A DNA stretch of 61,302 bases, filler included, from Sphacelaria rigidula (lineage: Eukaryota), in assembly GCA_964200075.2 (NCBI GenBank). It is 7 parts of 7 records of this genome, joined end to end, with 100 filler letters (N's around TTAATTAATTAA, not from the genome) between each part and the next. Parts side by side here need not be neighbours in the genome. Positions count along the whole stretch, not along the records: positions 1 to 8,673 come from CAXNAA020010427.1; positions 8,774 to 17,446 come from CAXNAA020010428.1; 5 more parts are not named here. One strand, given 5' to 3'. Position 1 is the first letter of the stretch, and each line of letters starts with the position of its first letter. The translations under genes were made by a program, and so were the position numbers. Under the pieces are notes generated by a model, which saw only the letters and a list, made by a program, of their open reading frames with translations, had not been told where the DNA came from and made no database searches. Below, piece by piece: positions 1 through 12,657 of this stretch.

Positions 1-56
1 CAGGCGCTGTTTGGCCATTTTTTTCGTGACACTTTTAGCTGGTTTTGGGGGGGGGC

Positions 57-653
57 TATCGTAGAAAGTGTCGTATGCGGCAACCTCAAGCAGTTGGGTA
101 GCTGACCTACAGCCCTAGAGTTGGTTGGACACCATGAAACAGATAATAAGAAAAGGCCTGGCGCATACCCAGGGTATTGGCAAGGCTTCTCAACAGCAGC
201 TGTCTTGATGTACAGCTGGCTGCCTCTAGATGCCTTGCACGTAACCCCAACCCATTACGAGGTACCTGTATGCGATTGCCTTCTGGATATAAGGTCGTTG
301 ACCCGAGAGCTCAGTAGGGATGTGGTCAGCGGGTCCTCAGTAATGAGGCAGTAGAAGCAGTATAAGACAAGTCCCAGGATTGCAGAGTCGTGATGTCGTG
401 TATTGATTATTGCTGATGCTAGGCCTAGACTCGGAAGGAAGTCTCGACAACGAAGCTCGGAAGGAAGTCTCGACAACGAAGTGGTCCTCGGGGGGTACTC
501 CTCTGATTGCGTAAACCTGGAACATGACACATGTCTAGTCCTTGCAAACGGAAGAAGACGTAATGCTGGCTCGGGACCTGGAACGACTCCTGGATCGGTC
601 CGTGACAGAACTGCTGTGTTGTCTTGTGTTCAGTGTAGTATTCTGTACTCCAC
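57..653 (+). mobile_element. Possible 3' LTR fragment of an LTR retrotransposon
   Basis: G-run (PPT-like) at ~46-55, TATAA at 361, a tandem duplication of CTCGGAAGGAAGTCTCGACAACGAA at ~430-480, and an end at ...CTCCACA. There is no second copy in the window to confirm it. Confidence 0.25.
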
Positions 654-1566
654 ATAAAGAGGTCATGTTTTGAGCAGTGTTTCGAAAAGTTCTGCTTGTT
701 TTTTATAAGTTCCCCTTGTTTTTTCAGAAGTATTCCGAAAAAAACGAAAGTGTTTTCTGTAACAGAAATTTAATGCCGAATTAGGAATAGCCTGAGACGA
801 CAACCAATTTGAAGATTGGAATATATCCCGGGACACGTAGCCCCAAAGATCGAAAATTCGAGTTTCTGAGGGGAGGGGGGGGGGACACCCAGCCTGCTGC
901 CCCCTAGTTGAATATCGAGGCGTTGGCGGATGCGATCAGCTGCCGTGTACAGAGATCCTTGGCATGGAGACCGCTGAGATGACGGGCACACCGCCCCTCC
1001 AAGCGCATCACATACCATGATTACATTTATGGGATCATGTTCCGTGTCGTGTGTCTCGACTATCTACCACTAGTAGTCCGGGCAATTTTGGCGAGGCGTG
1101 AAATGATGTTGCTACTTTGGCCACAGGCTGTCGCTACCGTGCGCTTGTGTATTGTACATAAATGTGTGTGAGCGTTGCTGGCATCCGAGGTCATCGGGGC
1201 AGGGCGGGCAAGGAGCAGAAGCAAATATACGAACCTCGCAAAGCCCGCCAAAATGTTTGGTTATGTTAGTGTTGATCAGTTTCTTCCAACAATTTCAACA
1301 AAAATCGCAAAAAACAAAATCTCAAAAATCACGACAATTTTCGAAAAACTGCTCTCCGGAAGGGGGGCGGGGGCGGGCCTCCGTGTCCGAAAATTTGATA
1401 TCGACAGACCCTTGACTTAACCGTTTGTTACTAAAAATGCAAGTTTGGTTAAAAACAAAGAAGAAGCACACAGGGGGAAACAATTGATGCGCACTCGGCT
1501 GAAAATTCCATGTATAAGGCAGTGTCCAGCACGCACATCCCTGCTGCATTGCATCTCCCTTCAACG

Positions 1567-2002
1567 CGGGACCTTACAAGTTGGGGATGGATCTTTTATC
1601 GGGGATGGGAAACCCGGAGAATACAAAACTTCGTATCCACTCCAAATCTTCGAAATATGGTTCTATTTCTTCACCTACAGATAGCTAGTGACAACTGCTA
1701 CACGCCGTAGAAATTTGGATTTCGATCACTCTAATATTGGGATCCTAGGTTAAAAATCAATTTCGGAACCGTTTTGGCGTCCGTTCGGACACCCGGAATT
1801 TCCCAAAATTGGTTCTTCACCTAGGACCCCAACATTTCGGTGGTCAAGATCCAGATTTCTGAGGCGTGTAGCAGTTGTCATGAGCTATCACTAGGTGAAG
1901 GAATGGAGCCATATTTCGAAGATTTGGTGTGGATATGAAGATTCTAATTCTCCGGGTTTCTCATCCCCAATAAAAGATCCATCCCCAACTTGGAAGACCC
2001 CG
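1567..2002. mobile_element. Foldback/MITE-like element with ~200-bp imperfect inverted arms
   Basis: The left arm CAAGTTGGGGATGGATCTTTTAT...GACAACTGCTACACGCC pairs with the right arm GGCGTGTAGCAGTTGTC...ATAAAAGATCCATCCCCAACTTG. The centre is near 1783 and there is no credible coding capacity. Confidence 0.8.
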
Positions 2003-3847
2003 TGTCCTTCGGTATTTACGCTGGCAAAAAGTATATCTACCGCCAACGGTGGAAACAAGAATCCACCTCCACCTGTTAGGCCGTGTTTTAACGAAACAAG
2101 GGAAATGATGTCATTTCGTGTGACGGTTCACGATTTCATTATCACGAGAAATCACGCGCCATTCTAATCGAGTATGCTAGGGTGGGAAACAAGTTATACA
2201 AACACGGTAAAACAGCACGCGAATGGACCAGCGACGTCAAGGAGGGCGGCAATCACGCGCAGGGGGGTATGGGTATTGTCGCAGGTCGAAACGCGGATCG
2301 CCTCCCGCACGAGAAGAAGCAACAGCAGATTTATCAGCATCTTTACTGCCAGTAGATGTACGCAGCTGGGGGAGGGCCTAAATCTGTCGGTGCCGATACT
2401 GCTGCTGCTGCTGCTGCTGCTGCTTCCGTTTTTCCTTGTGGGAGAGACGGTCCGCGTTTCAATCGTGCTACAACGCCCACGCGCCTTGCGCGTGATAGCC
2501 ACCATGCCGGAAGGCGATAGTCCGTACTGCCCGCTGGGCGAAAAAGATATTTATTTCGAACAGCTTCATCTGCTCCACAAATCCCACACAGGCTGGGCCG
2601 CCCAAGAAGCTCACTTTCCTTCAGCCCGCTTGAACTGACGATGTATCGCGAGTTGTGCTCGCCGCATTCTCGTATATTGAAAGGCTCCGAATGGTCAACA
2701 TACGTTGCAGCTCGTATTTCTCGCCCCCAACTGTTAGCCCTCCGCCCGAAAAAGATCAGGTAAACATGGTCAGATTCGGATTTTTGTGCGTGGGCGCTCA
2801 CAGTGTTGAAGTTAATAATATACTCTTTGAGCCCACTATGAAAACCGCTGCCGATCTTTACACTCGTCCTCTAGAGACATGTCATCCCGTAACACGTTGT
2901 GGAAATCATCAACGCGACGTAGTCATACAAACCGCCAACCCCTCGGGGCGTCGCCACGTTTGGAACGGCGTTCCGTCTGAGAGTCCGACCGATATTGTTG
3001 AAGAGGCGGGGAGGGCGTGGAAGGGGGCATACCAGGGGCGTACTAGAATTAAAATAATACAGTACGAACAAGACTCTAATCAAAAGGTCCTATATTGGTC
3101 GTTTGCATGTCATTTTGCGGTCAGTCTTCACGATTATCAAAAGATAGGTGGGAGATCATCGCAATGCTCTGAAATCAGGCAAGAAATGTGTCCGTTATCC
3201 ATATACAAAACAAGGCTCGCACCCACATAGAATTCGTAGAAACCGAAACCCAAAGGGATCCGAGCTGAAGAGCGACATCGGATGGGCTTACGAGTGAGGG
3301 GAAGGCCGTCGCTGACAAAAAACACTGCGGGCCAGAGCAAGATAAATGACGGTAATCGACGACGACGGGACGTATGCCGATACCCGCATGCACTGTAATC
3401 ACCGAGTCATTTGCCTCTCAACCGTTTCTCACTGTACACGTCAAGACACCAGGACGGCAACAGGCTATCATGTACATACAGTACTTCGAAATATGCCGAT
3501 TCTGAAGTAATTGACCGAACAATATCGTCCGACTTCAATATGGTAACTTCGGCACTTTCGACCCACCCCCGCACCTTCCTGTCCTTAACATAACACGGTC
3601 CATCAAAAATCCAATAAACCAACAGCTGACGACCAGGGAGATCTTGTTTACAAGGGCGGAGTGGGTGTCCTCAAAACTAAAGCGCGCGTAGCGCCACGCC
3701 CTCGGCCCAGAACAACATACATAACGTGTGCTGTGTAACTGGACGGTGTTGTGATTGCAATTTTTTTAACCGCAAGACATGAAAACACACGCACGACCGG
3801 CACCACAGCGGACAAATAAATACTTCTGGCACACAACCATCTTTGGC

Positions 3848-6220
3848 TCACGCAGCAGGTGCTGACATTTCTTGTAAGGCGTCGTCGTTCTTCATTAACT
3901 CGGAGTCTGTGCCTCTACTGCCAGGAGCAGTAGACGGCGAGTCACTCCAGAACGCGCTGGGTCCGAAAGGTCCTCGATTCGAGTTGAATCGCCACAAGTG
4001 AGCGGCCATCCTCACTCCGAACAGAACGTACGTCATGCTAAACCACAGCCCTTTGATGCCCCAGCCTCGACGCAGCGACAGAAGTGACCCTGACCAGCAG
4101 AGATACCGTCACACGGGCAGGAACGCAGTATCAACGTGGGCCGGGCAAGGTGGGCAAGGGTTGGAATACCGGTCGGGTATATATAGGGTCAGTTAAAAGG
4201 ACGAGAGGATAGGGCTCATCTTCTCGGGAGTTCGATGCACAACAGACGAAATTGCTGACCATCCAACAGAATTGATGCGCGTCCATTCGAGATCATGAAC
4301 GATGAATCAGAGGCACTGTGCGCTCGACTAAGCAAACAGCTCTGCTATTGCACGCACCAGACGGCGAGCGATCTCGTTTCTATAGCCGTAGTACAGAGCG
4401 AGGGGGCACATTTACCGTCATGTGCGAGAGCGGCAGGTTTGGGAAGTTCAAGTTGGCTACTCGATGCACCGTCTACGTTGCTGAGTTGGAGCTCGTACCG
4501 TCGCCTCACCTAATACGCCGAAGGTAGAAGCTACAGCCACCGTTTTTGCATTGTACATGAAGTCAGAGGCGCCGTAGAAGAGGGAGTCCCATGTCCAAAC
4601 AATGCAGCACAGCGGAAAGGAGTATAAAATGCTCGGGAATACCTTCGACAGCGTTCATGAGGTACACAGACCACGCAAGGGACGAACAGGACGATGGCGA
4701 AAATATCTAGAGTGGGTCACGTGAGCACAATCACCCCGCCACTTCCCTCGGCCACAAAGACACAGAGGGATTCGAGCTACGATAGCACTGCCATATGCAA
4801 CACTGCGTTATCGCATGCGCATATAAATGGAGATATGTTGTGCTTTGGACGCGTGTGCCATGGAGAGCAGAAAATTTCATCTACTTCAGTCAGGGTCGGG
4901 TTCGGGTCACTTTGATTGCCGAACGTACCAGCGTGACCACAGCAGTAATTGCGACATCTATATCACCGTTTAGCATAAGGGGGAAGGGAAAATGCATCGA
5001 CGTTGCAACGTTTAAGGAGCCACCGTGAGTAGTAGTTCTCATCATTTTTTTTAACATTGGCGATAAGTGCGCATATGACTCGATTAAAACCAGCGGATTT
5101 CGACGCACACACATTTGATTTCATCTTATTTGCCAGCGCAAAGCCGCAGCACACCACCCGCCCCCTCCCCTTCACCGAAGCTGTAGTTTTCGCCCATGAG
5201 AATGGGGATTGTAACTCCTTACTCGGACGTATTTCGTGCAAGTGCAGACGAGCGACAGCAGACGCGCTGAAACGCTCCATAACAATATAGCTCGTGATCA
5301 TACTGCAAAATTGTCTAGCCGCGTCACGATGCCAATGGCTCTCTCACATTGGAGACTAGCTGCGCCACCTCCTTGGAATGACAGACCGACGGCAAGACTG
5401 CCGGAAACAGATTCAATGCAGCCGTCGCGAGCGTTATGCCTAGACCTAGGCTGAGAGTCAACACGCGCTTCGCAATAGATCGAGCCGACTCTCTGAAACG
5501 CAAAGCGTCACCACTCCACGATCGCCCTGCGCCGGATGCCTTCCGTGCGTCCCGGGCCAGCCCGATATACTGCGCCACCAAAACCTGGCCCGCCGATCCC
5601 AAGGCATCTGGAAGCAAACAATGCGAGGCATTTACACAGGTACCATGTATCAGGGCATGAACTATGACAGCATAATAAATTCCACGCGTGAGGCACAACG
5701 TGTGCAGAGAATAGCCCCAAACCCACTCATTCGGCAAGGCGCCTGTCCAATATCATGTTTTGCACATTGTTGGTGACGCAAAATCGCGGTCAGGTCAAAC
5801 ACCGCCGCACGGGCGGAATATTTCACGAGGCGCAAAACATATCGATGTTCCGACCGACTCGTCAGTTCTGTGTCAACCATGGGGTTACCAGCGTTTACGA
5901 CCGTGGCACAATTTGGAAGGGAGTTCATGGTGGCGTTGCAAACAACTAGGTTCGTGGATGAGAAAACGAGATATGTCGACAGAAAACCTTCTCCTTTGAA
6001 AATGGTCTTGGCGCGTACTCAGTCAAATGCCCTGACGCGGTAGGTCTCAAGGTGCGTGCCAAGCGAACACAGCACGGCCTGTAATGCAACACTGTCTCAC
6101 ACCTTGTACGAAAGCGATCACCAGCCACAGCGAAAGAATAAGTTGGTGTGCTGCAATCTGTAAAACCCCCATGCGGGTGGCCGCGCTCGCCATCACCGTC
6201 CAAGCACCAACGTTACACAC
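3848..6220 (-). CDS. MATE (DTX-like) efflux transporter, last four exons: 6220-6103, 5607-5348, 4642-4510, 4089-3848 (stop); 5' part not found in this contig
   Basis: GT-AG junctions with consistent phases give VCNVGAWTVMASAATRMGVLQIAAHQLILSLWLVIAFVQ/DALGSAGQVLVAQYIG...ARSIAKRVLTLSLGLG/VFPSILYSFPLCCIVWTWDSLFYGASDFMYNA/...GWGIKGLWFSMTYVLFGVRMAAHLWRF..GPF. This matches the recalled motif order of the C-terminal half of plant DTX-type MATE proteins. Confidence 0.88.
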
Positions 6221-6287
6221 CTGCGTTGAACAAAGCGAAGCACAAACAAACAAAAGAACGCTCGTGAGTTGTGGGACTGAAATGATC

Positions 6288-8374
6288 CACACCCTGGACA
6301 ATACAAAATGTTTTCGATATATATTAGTCGATCATATCAGAATTTTGCGATATATTGCCGACGTAATATATATATATATGTATATTGGTACCCTTGGACT
6401 GCACACGTATTGCGCGTCCAATAGATATTGATGTCGTGGAACTCCGTATATATTGCCCGCCCAATATATATATATGTGCATATTGGTGCCGTGGGATTGC
6501 ACACATATTGTCCCATCAATATATATTGGGGCAGTGTGGGCGACGACATACTGCACGACCAATACATATTGGGGCCGAATGGGCGCCAATGTATTGGCCG
6601 GTCAATATATATATTGGATATTATTAGTATGGTGTACGCTTTGAGAAAGATCCAGACGCGATGGAAGCCGGAGCCCGTGCAGATTGGGAAAAGTTTCAAA
6701 GAAAGCCGCAGAAGTTCGCGTGCATTGCTACGAAGTTGTCAAATGCGTGTGATATATACTTCAAAGTATATATAAATATATATATTGGCCAGAAAATATG
6801 GTGACAGGAGAGGCGACCCGGTACCGGTACATATGCCTTTTATAACAATCTGTCCGCCGATGCGGGGCCGCCGAGGCCCTTCACAGTATGTAATGTATCT
6901 TAGCCAAACATCACAACGACAGAAAACGCGGGTCAATATGCGCCTTTTTGTACCCCTGTAATCACTGGTACTGCGTTGCTCAAGCCGTGGACAATAAAAA
7001 TTTTCCAATATGATACCAATATTTCGCATTGGAGACAGCGCAAATATTGTCCTTTCAAAATACCTTGTGTTAAGATGTCCTCGGAGACATTGAAGCAATA
7101 TGTTTCTTGTGCCATGATTGTGAAATGATACATGACAATATATGTTGGAGATGCATTTGCTCCGGGAACAAAACATTCTGTATGTGTTGTGCATGCCGGC
7201 CGTGTATATATTGAAATGTCAATATAAATGTATATTAACAGTGGATTCTCGAAAATGGGGTTGAAAAAAAAATGACGTTCAACTCAAAAGCCGTGCTTTC
7301 CCTCAACTAGATTAATGACAAATGCTTTTCATATAGACTACCTCATCCTTCCCGACCTCCCTAAAACTATTTCGGGGGGTTCTAGTCTTCCGTTCCCGCA
7401 AAGGCTATGTGCGAAGGCACACTTTGGCCTCGATTTCGGGGTGAAAAAAGGACGTTTTTCGGCCCGAAAATCGTGCTTTTGCACATACCCTTTGGGGGAA
7501 CGGAAGGGTAGAAATACTCCGAAATAGTTTTCGGGAGGTCGGGAGGGATGAGGTCGTCCATATGAAAGTCATTTATCATGAATTTAGGTCAGGGGAAGCA
7601 CGGCGTTTGAGTTGAACCGCATTATTTTTTCAACTCCATTGTCGAGAGTCCACTGTTTTTCGAGTCGAAGCGATGCGTAACATATTGTCACCATAATATA
7701 TATTGAACACCAACCATGAAAAAGTATTGTTTTTCCAATATATATTGCGCATGTTCATCGCATGGCTTTCGTGCAGCCAATACATATTGAACACGCTCGC
7801 GGAGGAGCATATTGACCGTTTTCGGCATGTGGTGATATATCTTTCAAGGCGCCCGCGAACATAAAAGTGCCCACCCTACTAATTGCAATACACTTTCCAA
7901 TCTACATGTTGAATCATCAATATAATTGCTACACCAGTATGTACTGTGACCATCGGTTCCTTCCTCTATGTCCACCAGATATATATTGGACGCATTGACG
8001 CACGACATATTGGGGCGACAATATATATTGGCGCGTCGGGTACTGAGTATATTGAATCGTCGATATATATATATATATATATATTGACCTCGTGTGGCAG
8101 CCAATATATTACTTGACAAATATATATTGGTGCCACACCGTACCAACATATTACTCGGTCAATATATATATTGAGGTGGCGTGTCGTGATATATTGTTCG
8201 ATCGATATATATTGCAAGTCGCGAGCTTTGACATATTGATGGCACGATATATATATATATAGATCTGTCTCTAGTGCCACCATATTGCTCGCCCAATATA
8301 TATATTGACAACCCGACGCGTCGACAGATTGAGCGGGCAATATATATATTACATGTTGTATTATCCAGAGTGTG
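6288..8374. mobile_element. Non-autonomous TIR DNA transposon with many ATATATTG-type internal repeats, upstream of (probably intronic to) the MATE exons
   Basis: TIRs CACACCCTGGACAATACAAAATG and CATGTTGTATTATCCAGAGTGTG match at 20/23. The flanking direct repeat is AAATGATC/AAATGTTC (8 bp), or TGAAATGATCCA/TGAAATGTTCCA (12 bp) if the ends are 6290 and 8372. Confidence 0.8.
7239..7655. mobile_element. MITE (near-complete palindrome, CAGTGG...CCACTG ends) nested in the 6288-8374 element
   Basis: CAGTGGATTCTCGAAAATGGGGTTGAAAAAA pairs with TTTTTTCAACTCCATTGTCGAGAGTCCACTG, and the arms pair imperfectly over ~200 bp. Confidence 0.85.
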
Positions 8375-8605
8375 AAATGTTCCAAAAGCGCTCAGAGGGT
8401 GACCGTGCACGACAGGGCCGAGCTAGCTGCCCTGTACATGGCAACAGGGCACATGCATTGCGGAAACGTCTTTTTCGAGATTTTGTGGGTGGTTTGGGAG
8501 GTGCAAGATTTACAACCAAAGCTTCGTGCTACAGTAGTTCTCGAGTAGTTCCCATGTAAAGAACGCAGTCATCGCACAGTTGAATGGTCCCACGATACGG
8601 GGGGG

Positions 8606-8673
8606 GGGTGTACTCATGATCATGCATGCCATAGTCTAACACCACTGACCTCGCATCCCTACAAAGCCGGGAC
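8606..8673 (+). repeat. Repeat family A (GGGTGTACTCATGATC...), 5' fragment cut by the contig end
   Basis: Matches the 5' ends of the copies at 13886, 20867 and 47457. Confidence 0.85.
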
Positions 8674-8773
8674 NNNNNNNNNNNNNNNNNNNNNNNNNNN
8701 NNNNNNNNNNNNNNNNNTTAATTAATTAANNNNNNNNNNNNNNNNNNNNNNNNNNNNNNNNNNNNNNNNNNNN
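8674..8773. other. Artificial contig spacer N44-TTAATTAATTAA-N44; identical spacers at 17447-17546, 26219-26318, 34990-35089, 43761-43860, 52532-52631
   Basis: Six identical 100-nt blocks. TTAATTAATTAA gives stops in all six frames. The intervening segments are size-ordered (8673, 8673, 8672, 8671 x4). Confidence 0.97.
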
Positions 8774-9069
8774 GCTACGCCAACCCCATCGGGGGTCCGC
8801 CCCTACAAAGCCGGAACGGAGCACGCCGGGTTCTCGCCGGACCGGGGGGGAAGCAATAACAACCCCTCCCCCCTCCGCCTGGTGGATGCGTGGTCAATGG
8901 TCAAATGACTCAAGGCAAGCGACACATGAGAACGCCCCCCCCTCCGCCTGGTGCTCTGTCTCCAAAGGGATCCGTGGTCAATGGCCAAACGACTGAGGCA
9001 AGAAACAAATGAGTACGCCCCCCCCCCGCCCTTCCCTCCCCTCCGCCGACTCGCCACGTTTTGGTCGAT

Positions 9070-9370
9070 TATTACTATTTTTTTTTTTCTTTCTTTCCGT
9101 CACATCAGTTCGACCTGTCGAACCCGTGGTCACACAGTGCAAGAAGCATACCATCCATACCCATAGACCAAAAAGCCAACAGAGGAAGGCTAGAAACAAA
9201 ACCACTACACATGAAAAGGGTACCCACACTGCGAAAAAATTGTACAAGACCGATTGAACTTCAGGAAACCTGTTGCAAGACGAAATATCTCGGCGTGCAA
9301 CCTTTCTGATTACCTCACAACGAATTGGTGTCCACACAGTGTAGTAACCGCGACTAATGCCAATAGATCT
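9070..9370 (-). repeat. SINE/LINE 3'-end-like repeat with A-rich tail on the minus strand; copies at ~15670-15960 and ~34915-34975
   Basis: The shared sequence TTCCGTCACATCAG.TCGA.CT.TCGAACCCGTGGTCACA.AG...AGCATACCATCCATA lies next to T-rich/(ATT)n tails. Confidence 0.7.
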
Positions 9371-9991
9371 ACTACCTAGAGTGCTGTTGAAAGAAATTAT
9401 CTATAGAGCCTGCGCACTGAAAACTGAACAAGATAAGATAAGGAGATCCCAAAAAGAGGACAAGAGCGAAAGGGGACGAGCCGGTGGCAACGAGGAGGGA
9501 AACGAGGAAATATGCCCCCCCCCTGGGTTATAGTCCAGTAGCATCCTCGTAGAAACACGATAGGGTGTGTCTAGCCTACACGCGACATAGCGCTATCAGC
9601 AGGAAACAGAATTTGTTCAGAGTGTCCTACGCATCCAACCATGAAAACATGGGGTATCATCTGTACGTGATGACCATAACAAAAACAATCACTTCACAAT
9701 CCAACAAAAAAGGATCTTTCGCCCGCCAACGGAATTCGCCGCCCTACTCTGCTCTTCCCCGCTGGAGGGTCCTCCTTGGTTGCGAGGTCAGCCTCCTGAC
9801 GCTCTCATCCGTCCCCCACCAGCATTCATGGCCGATGCAGCCGCCCATCCTCGCCAGTGTATATGGCTTCAGATGTCCTCGTCGTTGTTTGTGGTCCATT
9901 AAAAATGATGCAAATATCATGAACACTGTACACTCACTTCGCGCCACGCACGCCCGCTTTTTCACACCATTTTTCCTTGTCACCCTGACAG

Positions 9992-10783
9992 GTGAGTTGG
10001 TTGAAAACTTCGTTTGGCGTAGACGATGCGGGAGCCGGAGCGATGGTCAGAGCAGCGCCGAACATCCTGACCTCGAACGTGGACAACATGGCCACAAAGA
10101 TGACCTGGCTAGCTCAGCGCCTGGGGATATCTCAAGCCGAAATGTCCGGGGTCATCATGGGCTGTCCGTTCGTGTTGACCAACGGTATCACCACGGCGCT
10201 CGAGCCGAGACTGCAGTGGCTGCAGGATAACCTATTTCAAGGGGAGGCACAGATGCGAGAGTGTATATTGCGTAACCCGTCCTTGATCGGACACAGTCTG
10301 TACGGCACTTTGGTGCCAACGTTCAGGACTTTGGCGGATACGATTGGAATGAACGACCATCGTGTCCGAGCCGTCTTACAAAAAAACCCTGGCATGTTCA
10401 CGTTCCACCTGGGACACAATTTTGTGGAGAAGCAAACCTGGTTGCGGCGAGCCTTAGGCATCGACCACGAGGACGATGTGAAGGACGTGTTGAGGGCCGA
10501 GCCAAGGCTTTTGATCCGTAGTAACGGTCAGCTGAATGCCTACCTACGATTTTTTGTTGATCGAATGGGGGCTTCAGTCGAAGACGTGCGTGATGCCGTC
10601 TTGCAGCACCCCACAATTTTGATGGCCGGGTTGGATACCCGCTGGGCACCCAAGGTCACCGCTATGAAAGAGCGGGGTGTGAGGGTGGACTTTCGTCGGC
10701 ACTGGGATATGATCCTCGCGAACGATGATGGAAAATTTGATGCGTGGTTGGAATCGCTCGTCGCGAAGGAGGTGCCCAGCTAG
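9992..10783 (+). CDS. mTERF-repeat protein, terminal exon
   Basis: A pyrimidine tract and CAG acceptor end at 9991. The 263-codon ORF has recurring ~32-36-aa mTERF-like units (…ILRNPSLIGHSL…LVP, …VLQKNPGMF…, …VLQHPTIL…) and stops at 10783. Confidence 0.85.
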   Translation: MSWLKTSFGVDDAGAGAMVRAAPNILTSNVDNMATKMTWLAQRLGISQAEMSGVIMGCPFVLTNGITTALEPRLQWLQDNLFQGEAQMRECILRNPSLIGHSLYGTLVPTFRTLADTIGMNDHRVRAVLQKNPGMFTFHLGHNFVEKQTWLRRALGIDHEDDVKDVLRAEPRLLIRSNGQLNAYLRFFVDRMGASVEDVRDAVLQHPTILMAGLDTRWAPKVTAMKERGVRVDFRRHWDMILANDDGKFDAWLESLVAKEVPS

Positions 10784-12657
10784 TCGGTACTTGAGCCATG
10801 TCCGCATTTGCGGATCATGTACAGTGGATTCGATTCGAAAGTTTGTTTTCAAGATTTGGTTGGGCAACTTTCAAGGAGGGCTGTGTAGTTTACTCAGCGT
10901 AAGTATCCAAAGTTAACCGTAGGTTTCGACCAACTTAATGACAGACCCCAACCGTCTTGCGTTCTCGGTTTGTCCGGTCTCTAACTGAGTTTCAAGGGCG
11001 ACAACTTGCTGTTGCTTGTGTGTGTGCATGAATCTGTATATGATGGCGTCCTGTTTCGCTAATTACAGCTTTTGTCCAGATTGTCTTGCACTGTACTGAG
11101 TGTGGAAGACGTTGGTTTTATGTGTTACATTAATGGATGGGACACTATTATAACATGTCTGAATGTCAAGTGTAAATGTGCCAATTCAACAGATCACTTG
11201 CCGAGCGGTCAAAGGGTTGATGCGATAGACGTTGCACTACTTTTAGATCTGGACTCGTTAGCTATGCGAGTATCGATACAGAATGAAACGTTTCGTCGAA
11301 CACGAGGATGAGGGGAATGACGATATCACCTATTATTGGAATATTCGTGTAATGAAATACATACGCTCTTGTACCTTGAGCACGCTCCGAACATACTCGC
11401 ACATGAAAGCGTATACTCAACAAACCTTTTCCCGATTAAAACGTTGAATGCCAGTGCAGCGAATGGTATGTTGGTGCTTGTTTGATTTCGGATTATAAAT
11501 CTAATGACTAACTCTTCAGAGTGGTAACCCTTTCACCACCAGCGTTGGTAGTCTGAGTCATGCATATAGTAACTTCTCAGATGTAAAAACATGATGCCGG
11601 TTCCACAAATAGGCACCTTTGGTGCTAAAATATCCGTTTGTGGAATTGGCATCATTTCATCTCCTCTTTCAAGTGAAAATCGGGCGAAGGGTCCACACTC
11701 GCGATCTAACGCTAGACACTCAATCTGGTGAAAATGTTGTGCAATCATACGCGAGAAATCGACTGGGTGGGTGCCAAAAATCCCAGTTTCAACTCACTCG
11801 TTGGGAAAGCCTACAGTAGTAAAGAAGTGAAGCGGTTCTGCACCACAAAACAACCCGTGCTCGCGCGAACGGTAGGGATCGGGCGTGTTGCGGTATGGGG
11901 GCGCATCGCACACACCAAATATACACCGGGAGCAGTAATTCAACTTGTCGCACGGAAAACGGACACCTGTAGGACAATCAATGGCGGTGAGGTGTTGGCC
12001 CCACCCGGAAAACCCTCCTGAAACGTCAGATGATGAAGCTCGTCGCGTTTGAAGTTATTTGCAGCACAAAAACCCATCCATCACGTCAAGGTCCCCCGCC
12101 ACGGTGGGCGAATCGATATATTGATTGATTGTCGCACATCAACTGGTCCCCGATGGACCCAGTGATCGCAAGATGGGTGTACCCAAGCAGCAAGGTGAAC
12201 GACACGGAAAGGATCGCAATATATTTTTTTATTGTTTTATTTTTATTTTTTCATTTGTCGCACTTTGAACTCCTGCCCTTTTTCGGGACGAGTCCGTGGT
12301 CTCAAGGGATCAACCCATCTCTCCCTGGTCGACATAAAAGTGGAATGTGTCCTTCGAAAACCAAATAAATTACATACGGTCTACAACTACGCTGCATAAT
12401 GGGACAGGCGCAAACTTGACGGATCTCATTTTGCTGCCTGCATTATCTGGTCTATGATTTCGAAATCCCCCCGTTCCCTTTCTCTGTGGGTGTCACCGCG
12501 ATTTTTCATTTTTTGAATTTTGACCGCGGGTTCGACATATCGCATCCAAGGCGAAAGTAGAAAAACATGCACACGAAGGGAATTGATCACACATACCTCG
12601 GGACCAACTCATCGCACCTCACCCCCGCCCCCGCAACTGCTACTCACCGTGGAAATA

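Noticed and set aside
2174..3230. ORFs 2174-2638, 2194-2505 and 2655-3230, including a (CTG)n tract
   Set aside because: No recognisable domain or splice-consistent model. 2194-2505 (-) might be a first exon but cannot be supported.
6324..8410. Many Ile/Tyr-rich ORFs
   Set aside because: They are by-products of (AT)n repeats in a non-coding TIR element.
8718..8729. TTAATTAATTAA recurring every ~8.77 kb as a biological motif
   Set aside because: It is always centred in N-runs of identical length, so it is an artificial six-frame-stop linker.
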